DNA of 64,000 bases from Octopus vulgaris (Eukaryota): assembly GCA_951406725.2 (NCBI GenBank), contig OX597824.1:66588001-66652000 (forward strand), in the 5' to 3' direction. Each line of letters starts with the position of its first letter. The stretch's first letter is position 1. Position numbers and translations under genes: made by a program. Below, piece by piece: positions 55,308-64,000 of the stretch. The notes beneath the pieces are model-generated. The model ran no database searches, had not been told where the DNA came from, and saw only the letters and a list, made by a program, of their open reading frames with translations.

Positions 55308-55774
55308 ATGTGTGTATGTTATGACTCTTGGAAAATATATGGCAAAACAGCATTCATGATTTTGCAAGTTTTCCAAAAATGAGAAAGTCTACATGACATC
55401 AGGAAAACTATTATGACACTTGTAAAATGATGCGAGGTTTGAATAAGTCATATAAGATGATGTATTTGAGTTGGTAATGTTTCATAGGGAAAGTTTAACT
55501 TACAAGGAACTAATGCTATCAGAATAAAAGCAAGTGAAGAATATGGAAATTCCACCAACTCCACTTAATTTCATTGCAATGAATATTACTACAGTGTTTG
55601 AACTTGTTGAGGAAGGTCAGCAAGTTTTGCTTACAACAACTCAAATTGTGAATGCAACATAAAATTTGCAAGAGAAGTTTACAATGAATTCAGTTATTAC
55701 ACTAAGTTGTACAATAAAATGATGTGTCAGAAACATCAAGAATTTTGGATGAGTTCTTCACCCCTCGGGCATAT

Positions 55775-56140
55775 CTTTTATCTTTTATTTGTTTCAGTCA
55801 TTAGACTGTGGCCATGCTGGGGCACCACCTTGAAGAATTTTAATCAAACTTATCAACGCTAGTACTGATTACCTTTTTATAAAGCCAGGTACTTATTCTA
55901 TCGGTCTCATTTGTCGAACTGCTAAGTTACAGGTATGTAAACACATCGACACTGGTTGTCAAGTGGTGGTAGGGAACAAACATATACACAAAGACACACA
56001 CACACATAACATACACACACACACATACACACGCATGACAGGCTTCTTTCAATTCACAAGGCTATAGCAGAAGACTCTTTCCCAAGGTGCCACACAGAGG
56101 ACTGAACCCAGAACCATGTAATTGGTAAGCAAACTTCTAA
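55775..56140 (-). mobile_element. SINE family A, diverged
   Basis: Tail tttcagtcattagactgtggccatgctgg and head gggactgaaccc. Confidence 0.75.
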
Positions 56141-56164
56141 GGTGGTTTTTTTCTAATTTATATT

Positions 56165-56220
<56 letters not shown>

Positions 56221-56249
56221 CATATATATTTACATTATTTACATTATTC

Positions 56250-56714
56250 AAATTGAAATCGAAATCAAATTCACTGACGTGGCCGATGACAGCACCACAT
56301 GACTGGCATCCATGCAAGTGGAATGCTAAGAGCACCATCTGAGCGTGATTGTTGCCAGGGCTGTTGACTGGCTCCCGTGCCGGTGGCACGTAAAAAGCAC
56401 CATTCAAGCATGATTGTTACCAGCGTCGCCTTACTGGCACTTGTGCCGGTGGCATGTGAAAAACAACATACAAGCGAGGTTGTTGCCTGGACTGGCTCCT
56501 GTGCAGGTGGCACATAAAAACACCCTTGTGCCGGTGGTATGTAAAAGCACCCACTACACTCTCGGAGTAGTTGGCCTTAGGAAGGACATCCAGCTGTAGA
56601 AACTCTGCCAGATCAAGATTGGAGCCTGGTGCAGCCATCTGGCTTGCCAGTTCTCAGTCAAACTGTCCAACCCATGCCAGCATGGAAAGCAGATGTTAAA
56701 TGATGATGATGATG

Positions 56715-56716
<2 letters not shown>
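56250..56716 (+). mobile_element. RTE 3' UTR fragment (family D)
   Basis: Several gtgccggtggcacgtaaaaagcacc units; (GAT)n tail. Confidence 0.8.
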
Positions 56717-56748
<32 letters not shown>

Positions 56749-56881
56749 GTTTACACAGACACACACACACACACATATATATATGCTTTCTACTTCCGGT
56801 CTTTCAAAATGTGACCTAGTGTGTACCGTTGGCGATTTTTTTTCCTCTGTCTTCCCTTCTCTGGATCTTTCCTTCTCCTAT

Positions 56882-56916
56882 GTTTCCGACGAAGAGCTCC
56901 ACTCGAAACGTTAAAC
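56882..56916 (+). ncRNA. Ultra-minimal hammerhead motif in element 56818-57016
   Basis: gttt-CCGACGA-a-gagc-tcc-actc-GAAA-cg-TT-aaac. Confidence 0.62.
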
Positions 56917-57363
56917 CCTACTTCTTCCCTTCTTTCCTGAGCATCCAATAATACTATATTTGTTCCACGTCCTCGTGTTGTTGTGTTTTTTGTGTTTTCT
57001 TGTTTGGATTAACTATATATATATGTATCTGTATATGTATGTATGTATGTATGTGTTTGTGTTTTACATCATGGGGTAGTTATAAATGAGCATCACCATC
57101 ATACAAACAAAGTCCTTTGTTCTCAGTCTTCCTCAAAAACGTATCTGCTCATGTGGGATTTACCTTGCTTGAAAATAGATGAGGGCTTACGGCAGGAGAT
57201 CATTAAGTCAAAGACAATCTGCCTTCAGGAATTCCATCTGACTCATGCATGCATGGAAATGTGGATGTTAAAAGGATAATAATGACAATGACGGTAGCAG
57301 TGGTGATGATGAAGGTGGTGGTGATGTGTATATAATAAGTTTGTGTATGTATGTGCATGTGTA

Positions 57364-57400
<37 letters not shown>

Positions 57401-57442
57401 ATAATTTTGATCTACTGCTTGGATAACATTAATCTTTCTTAC

Positions 57443-57677
57443 CCGAATCATGTAAGGTTTTACTTTACGCCAATAATGTTTACCGCCCAAATCATTAAGG
57501 AAATCTCGAAGGTCTTCGATTTCATCCAATTTGGAGACTGCAAATCCTAGTGTTTCCATTAGCAACATTGCATGGCGTTCCAGCTTGTCTTGGTTCATAT
57601 GCATCTTGGTCTTTTCTTTGTTAATTTGAAATATTGAAGAAAAATATTCACGCAAGTCATACTCTGACTGGAAAAAA
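57443..57677 (-). CDS. Neuroglobin-like globin, central exon (B12 to G6)
   Basis: tctttcag| acceptor in phase 2 (B12.2); FFQSEYDLREYF (CD1 Phe)...LERHA (E7 His)...LGGKH (F8 His)...VKPYMIR|gtaag donor in phase 0 (G7.0); 235 nt. Confidence 0.93.
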
Positions 57678-57734
57678 CTGAAAGACAAGAGGACTTAAAT
57701 ATGAAATATTAAAAACAGTAAAAAATTAATAAAT

Positions 57735-57850
57735 TACATTATTTACATTATTTACATTTGACGGATATTTGTCCTGATCTTGTTGTTAACACAAACAAGA
57801 TAAGGACAAATATCTGTCGAATGTAAATAATGTAAATAATGTAAATAATG
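57735..57850. repeat. Short inverted repeat with TTATTTACA terminal arrays
   Basis: tacattatttacatttgacggatatttgtcct / aggacaaatatctgtcgaatgtaaataatgta; same family as 795-900. Confidence 0.8.
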
Positions 57851-57954
57851 TACATAATTCCTCATCTCTTAAATATAGAACTGAATTAATAATTTGTTTG
57901 AAGATTACATATCTTTTTCTCATTCACTTGTATCAATCATTGGACTTCTGTCAA

Positions 57955-58141
57955 GACTGAAAGGCATATATTAGCTATTCAAAAACAAATAAAAACTGGG
58001 AGACACATTAAACATTCAAAAACACACGAAACCTGGGAGACCACATATCAGCCATTCAAAAATGCAAACACTGGAAAATACAGATTAGCCATTCAGAAAC
58101 TCACATAAATTGGATGACACATATTATCTATTCAAAAACAC
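57955..58141. repeat. Degenerate minisatellite, about 5 x 36-39 bp
   Basis: Unit approximates aaactgggagacacatattagccattcaaaaac. Confidence 0.75.
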
Positions 58142-58370
58142 TAAAATACTGTTAAATTTTGGTATTAAAATTTAGTGTGATGAAAATGTTAGCACTAAAA
58201 AATAACTGTTTACCGTAAATCCTCGAGTATAATCCGCATTTTTTCCCCAAAATTTAAAGGTCAAAATCCCTAGTGCTTCCTTTATATGAAGTTAAAAATG
58301 AAAAATATTTTCTAAGCAATGTCTGAGTCTCTATTTGCAGTCTGGCAATGTTTATTCAAACGCATTTTGT

Positions 58371-60000
58371 ATGTATGTATTCTCATGCATATACTTGCAT
58401 ATCTAGGCATGCTTGTATATATTTAAATGATAAGCTGGAAAGTTTTACAGATTTTTACAGTTCCAGTGATGGATTAGATCTGTAGATTTCGAATTAGCTT
58501 TTTCCTTTCTGGTTTTGAGAAACCTAATTTCTCAAGATTGGTATTTAGGCAGTGTGTTACATAACCCAGTGCCCCAACAATACAGGTATAAAGCTGAACT
58601 TGTAATCTGAATAGAGTAACTGCAGATTTCTCAATAGTTCAGCATAGGTATTCTCTTTTTCACTGATCTTACAGTTTTATGCTAACATCTGCTGGGCAGC
58701 TAATTTCCACAACTGGGTACAGTTTCTCTTCTCTATCTCAAATCATTATATCAGGTCTGTGGTGCTTACATTTTATTGAGGTCTTCACTGGGACATTCCA
58801 CCAGTACTCCTTTTTATTATGAGTGGCTATGGCTTCTACCATATTGTGAGTTTTTATTTCTTTGGCCTTGGGGTTATCTTTCTGATGAATTTCATTATAG
58901 AGTGTCCTAGCTATAATATCATATCTCATTGGTAGATAATATCATGATGACATTTTTGGACAACTGCTTATGATGTGGATGATATCTTTGGTGTTAACTC
59001 CACGAAGTTTGCATCTGTTGTCACATCTTACTGCTTTTCCTGCATCTCAATCCCTTTTGTGCATCAGGTCCTTAGTTGATATTTCCTGTTCCTGGATTGC
59101 AAGCACATAGCCTCCAAAGGTTGTAATCCAGCTATTGGTCCATGATAAACTGCTTTGATGATTGATGTTACTATCATCCTGAAGCTTTCTACTAACATAT
59201 CCATGCATAGTCTTCTGCTCATATAGGCTCACCCTTTCATCTGATGATATGTTGCGGTAGAGTTGTGCAACTTCGTTGGGCATGTATTCTAGGTTATCAG
59301 ACAAAGAATGTTGCTTAAGGAGCTGCCTTCCAAGTCTTATGATGTTATCAGCCTCATGTATGCAAACTTGGTCAAGGGATGCACTTCAACACTTGGTGGT
59401 TAAAAAATGTTGCTGAAGGGATATGATATGACATTCAAAGGCATTTTGAATTGATGTTAAGCCTCTGCTGCCTTGTTTTCATTTTAGGTGGAAGCAATCT
59501 ACATCAAAGTTTATGTGGAAATTATGTGTGCTTGTTAGTATTTTTGGGCTTTTCACATCAATGGCTTGGATCTCATCAAGCGTCCAATCAAGCAGCCCAA
59601 ATATTGATGTACTGGCACTGCAAAGACATTGTGTACCACTTTTTCAGTGAACGCAGTGAATTCTGAGGTCCAAATTTTCTTTATTTGGCTGTAATACTCT
59701 TTAGTGACACATGCTTTGTTACAGGTGTCATTGTAAAATGTTTTGGTATTTCTGTTTCCTTGTGAACCAGTGAGATATCCTCCAGACTTCCTAAAATGAA
59801 TGACAAGGGTTTTACAGAAAGTATTAACAACATCACAGAGAGGCTGTTCCTTTGGAATATTGTGATACTGTATTCTATAGTAATAATACAATCACTCTTT
59901 GTGTTTAATTTCAAGATGGTGTCCCATGATGAAATCAGGTCAGCTATGGCTTTGACTATGCTCACTGGAACTTTAGCAAGTTGAAGGACTTCAAGCATCC
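58371..60000 (-). mobile_element. Second RLE-type (R4/Dong-like) LINE, 5'-truncated and decayed
   Basis: IFQRNSLS, MHGYV, GYVLAIQEQEIST, CRL...DIIHIISSC, YWWNVP..HRPDIMI; (TATG)n at both ends. Confidence 0.8.
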
Positions 60001-60084
60001 ATGTATGTATGCATGTATGTATGTATGTATGTATGTATGTATGTATGTATGTATGTATGTATGCAGATTTGTATGTTTTGTTTT

Positions 60085-60375
60085 ATGTATTCTCATGCAT
60101 ATATTTGCATATCTAGACATGTTCATATGTACTTAAATGATTAACTTCTAGAAAATTTTACAGATTTTTACAGTTCCAGTGATCTGTAGTTTTCGAATTA
60201 GCTTTCTCCTTTCTGGTTTTGAGACGCCGAATTTCTCAAGATGGGTATTTAGCCAATGTGTTACATATCCCATGGTCCCCCAAATTACAGGTATAAACCT
60301 GAACTTATAATCTGGATAGAGTAACTGCAGATTTCTGAGCAGTTTAGCAGCATAAGTATTCTCTTTTTCACTGAT
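60085..60375 (-). mobile_element. Short 3' end copy of the same RLE LINE family
   Basis: Aligns by eye with 58374-58668. Confidence 0.8.
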
Positions 60376-60399
60376 GTATATATGTATGTATGTTTGTGA

Positions 60400-60668
60400 T
60401 GACTGTGACCGACCAGGCTATCAGATGTTGCTACACATTGCTGGTCACAATGCGCTTTGCATTGTTTTAGCCTTCAAATGATGCCACCCCGCGAGAAAGT
60501 TGTGGCGAAAGAGTACAGCAGGGATTTCCACCACCCCACTGCCGGAGCCTCGTGGAGCTTTAGGTGTTTTCGCTCAAAAAACACTCACAACGCCCAGTCT
60601 GGGAATCGAAACTGCGATCCTACAACCACGAGTCCACTACCCTAACCACTGGGCCATTGTGCCTCCAC
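60400..60668 (-). mobile_element. tRNA-derived SINE (family B)
   Basis: Minus-strand head ggaggcacaatggcccagtggttaggg. Confidence 0.85.
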
Positions 60669-62689
60669 ATGTGTGCATGCATGTATGCATGTATGCATGT
60701 ATGTATGTATGTATGTATGTATGTATGTATGTATGTATGTATGTATGTATGTATGTGTATGTATGTATATAACATACGTTTGTATGTATGCATGCTTGTA
60801 TGCATGTATGTATATTTATAAGTACTGATAAAATAAATACCAGTAATACTCCAAGTTCAAACTGTAATCTTGTGTCTATTTAAAAGAAATCAATATTTCT
60901 TTTCTTTTATTGATATAGTAGTTGTTATTGTTGTTGTTATTGTTGACACTGTTATTATTGATTTTGAATGTTTCTTGGAATTATTGCTACTTCTGTTGCT
61001 GCTGTTGCTGCTGATGCAGCTGTCGTCATGGTTGTTGTGGTTGTGGAGTGGCATAACCCTACCTTTTCCCATGTTGAATTATGTCAAGGATACAGTTTAG
61101 GTGAATGACCTCTTGAAATTGGCTACAGGTCAAGCCAGCTAGTCAAGCCCACTGTTCAAGCACATTAATTACTGTTGTTGTTCTTGTGTAATTGTTATTG
61201 TTTAGCCTCAGCTCAGCACTGACCAAAGACATTCCAACCATGACCATACCATCTTCTTTTTCAGGGTTAGTGCATCTCTAACTGAATAATCCAGTGTGTT
61301 CATCCTTTTTCAAGTCAGTAGAATTAAATTTAAGGGAGATGTGTCTGCTATGTCTAGCAGACCAAACGACCTCATTGAGGCCATCTCATTGCTGCTTTCC
61401 GCGATGGTCTTGTTAATGCTGTTGTTGCTGATGTTGTTGTTGTTGCTGCTGTGTTCTTTTGTTGTTGTTAGTTGTTACTGTTGTTGTTGTTGTTGTTGAT
61501 GATGTTTTGTTGTTCTCACTATCATTACTTTTGTTGTTGTAGTTTATGTTGTCGTTGTTGTCTTCATTGGTGATAGCACTTAGCCTCAAGTCTGCTCTGA
61601 TTGATCAATGGCACGCCCCCAGTGACCATTGCCACATGTCACTTCAGATAGTGTATCTAGGACTACATTATTCAATGATGCCTCTTTTACCATTTAAAAA
61701 TACACGATTTAATTTGAGGGAGATTTGGCTGCTATTTTTGCAATACTCAGTAAACTTACAGATACACTCCAGTTGTCACTGTTGTAGCAAGACCAATTTC
61801 TATCATGGCATATTGGAGTCAACTAGTCTTTTATAGGCTCCACACATTAATCTTTAATGATTGGTTGTCTGACCTATCATGTAAATTTGGAACATTTGGT
61901 TGAATCCTATATTTTGATTGGTCAAGTATTGCATGGGATATGGATCTTGGATCCAATCATTGTGTGCGTGATGCATTCTCAAACAACTAACCTGAATCTA
62001 TGTTGGGGCCTACTTTGGCTTATATATTGAGTTAACAAAACAGCTATCACAGAGGGGCGAGAGATTTTCAGGAAGGTGAGTCATGTTATTTTCCTGCTGT
62101 TATAACGAAGCACATATAACCAATGATGGTCAAAGTTGAATTAACCTAATGGTGGATGAACTATACAACCACCAGAATCTGTGGTGTATTTATTTTGTCT
62201 ACTGTATTATTTAGCAGAGGAATAGAGTTTTGCTGTTATTTTTAAAGTTTGTTTCTTGTATAATTTCCATGAGTGAATATGTAACACACGTTGTATAATG
62301 GTAGGTGAGATTCCGTAGTAAACCAAGAGAATCTTTATACCTACACAAGCTAAACTGTTAATACTGTTGTTGTTGTTGCTGTTTAGCCACAGATTGTAGT
62401 ATCAGACTTTTTTTATGACAGTATAGTATGATTTGAGTGAAGGTGCATGGCCGAGTGGTAAGAGTGTTGCACTCATGATTACATGGCTTTGATTTTCAGA
62501 CCAGGTAGTTCATTATGTTCTTGAGCAAAACACTTCATTTCATTTTTCTCTAGTCCACTCAGCTGTAAATGAGAAATGTGTTGATCTTGGTCACTTATTG
62601 GCCATGGAAACCAGTAACCACTTGTAAGAGTCCTGGGACTCAAGACAGTAACGTCTTGGGGTAGACATGACAGTTTGCCTTGAAGAATA

Positions 62690-62868
62690 TCAGTCGATCA
62701 AACCGACCCTAGTACTTATTTTTTAAAACCTGCTACTTAGTCTATCGGACTCTTTTGCTGAACGACCAAGGTATGGGGATGTAAACACACCAACACTGGT
62801 TGTCAAGTGGTGGTGGTGGGGGAAACACAGACACAAAGATACACACACACACACACAAATATAATATA

Positions 62869-62914
<46 letters not shown>

Positions 62915-62985
62915 GTTTCTTTCATTTTCTGTTTACCAAATCCACTCACAAGGCTTTAGTCAGTCTGAGGCTATAGTAGAAGTTA
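62690..62985 (-). mobile_element. SINE family A fragment
   Basis: gtaaacacaccaacactggttgtcaag...aaatccactcacaaggc. Confidence 0.75.
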
Positions 62986-64000
62986 GTGTTTGTTTAATAG
63001 TGAAGGGCAAGGGTACAATTCACATGGGTTTGCATGAAAGTACTTTCTGTTTTTAAGAAGGATTGGAAACTATGTATTGTTTCATCATATAAAAGGAAGT
63101 TAATATGATTTTGTCCAGAAATCACATTTTCAAAATTTTAGTTTCCCTCTATACCCACCGCAATGTCTTAATTTGTAACTTTTCTACTTTTTAAAAAATG
63201 TTGTTATCTATGTAGGAAAATACAGAGATTACGAATCTGAGAAATAAATATATATATTTTATAGTTTAATTTTTCTTAAAGAAACACTCAATGCCCTTCC
63301 CCCACCTCACCTGCCCATCCCCTAGCAGCTTTCAAAAAGCTAAAATCTCCCAATTTTTCACTTTTGTCTGATGTTTCCCGCATGCGTAGAATTCTACTGA
63401 AATAGTAGACTTAAAAAAATACCAGACCACCACCAGAAAACCTGACATGCTAGAAACAACAGGTAAACAACATTATTTCTGAAGAAACTTCTCTGATTTC
63501 TAAAAAGCTAAAAGTGAAACATTGGGAGTGAGTAGGTTTTTGAAAGTGGTGAGGTGATGGGTAAAATTCTAAAAGATTCATACTCTGTTTTTTATCCATG
63601 GATTACCAAGAATAAAAATTTAGGAAAATATTGAGAACGTGTTTGTGGGTGAAATCCTAATCTCCTGTATTACAAACATAGGAATTGGAAGGAATTTAGG
63701 AAAAAAATAAGTGGTGGCGAGGAATGTCACTTTGGACATGCTAGGAAGAAGAGGTAAAGGACAGGATTTCTGGGAAAACTTTCTTTTAAGTTTATCTCGA
63801 AAATCAGATTTTTAAATACGCTCATCACAAACATAAATTATACAATAGAAAAAAATCATTTCAATTGGGTTTGAACTGTAAATTTGCATATGCACACTGC
63901 AAGAATTAACATAATTCACACAGAAGTTTTACTTAGAGTGTGTGTATTCATGAGTGTGTGTCAAATGAAGTTATATTCTTTCATTTGAAGAAGCATTCTT

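Noticed and set aside
56280-56560. CRISPR-like repeat-spacer pattern
   Set aside because: The repeats are degenerate, belong to an RTE 3' UTR dispersed across the window, and there are no cas genes in this eukaryotic context.
57203-57442. C-terminal half of track ORF 57203-57688
   Set aside because: It is intronic read-through past the gtaag donor into a (CA)n repeat.
57678-64000. Search for the globin first coding exon (A/B helices)
   Set aside because: No convincing minus-strand SW...G...F exon with a phase-2 donor was found; it probably lies beyond the window.

Overview
AT-rich, microsatellite- and transposon-dense eukaryotic DNA. The (TA)n/(CA)n tracts, tRNA-derived SINEs and RTE/CR1/R4-Dong/Penelope mix suggest an octopus or other cephalopod (inferred). 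Two host genes are supported by spliced exons. (1) The last three coding exons (+; 3285-3411, 4522-4707, 5414-5655) of a Pro-rich, PLEKHB/evectin-like protein with an acidic tail. (2) The last two coding exons (-; 57443-57677, 43217-43492) of a neuroglobin-like globin with classical B12.2 and G7.0 introns. The rest is mostly decayed mobile DNA. The most striking unexplained signal is about 20 minimal type I hammerhead-ribozyme motifs from many unrelated short elements, mostly embedded in (TA)n and often arranged as long inverted repeats. One is a 190-bp zero-loop palindrome about 200 bp downstream of the globin stop codon. Most short ORFs in the supplied track are microsatellite or SINE artefacts. 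Repeat boundaries were read by eye and are approximate unless termini are quoted.
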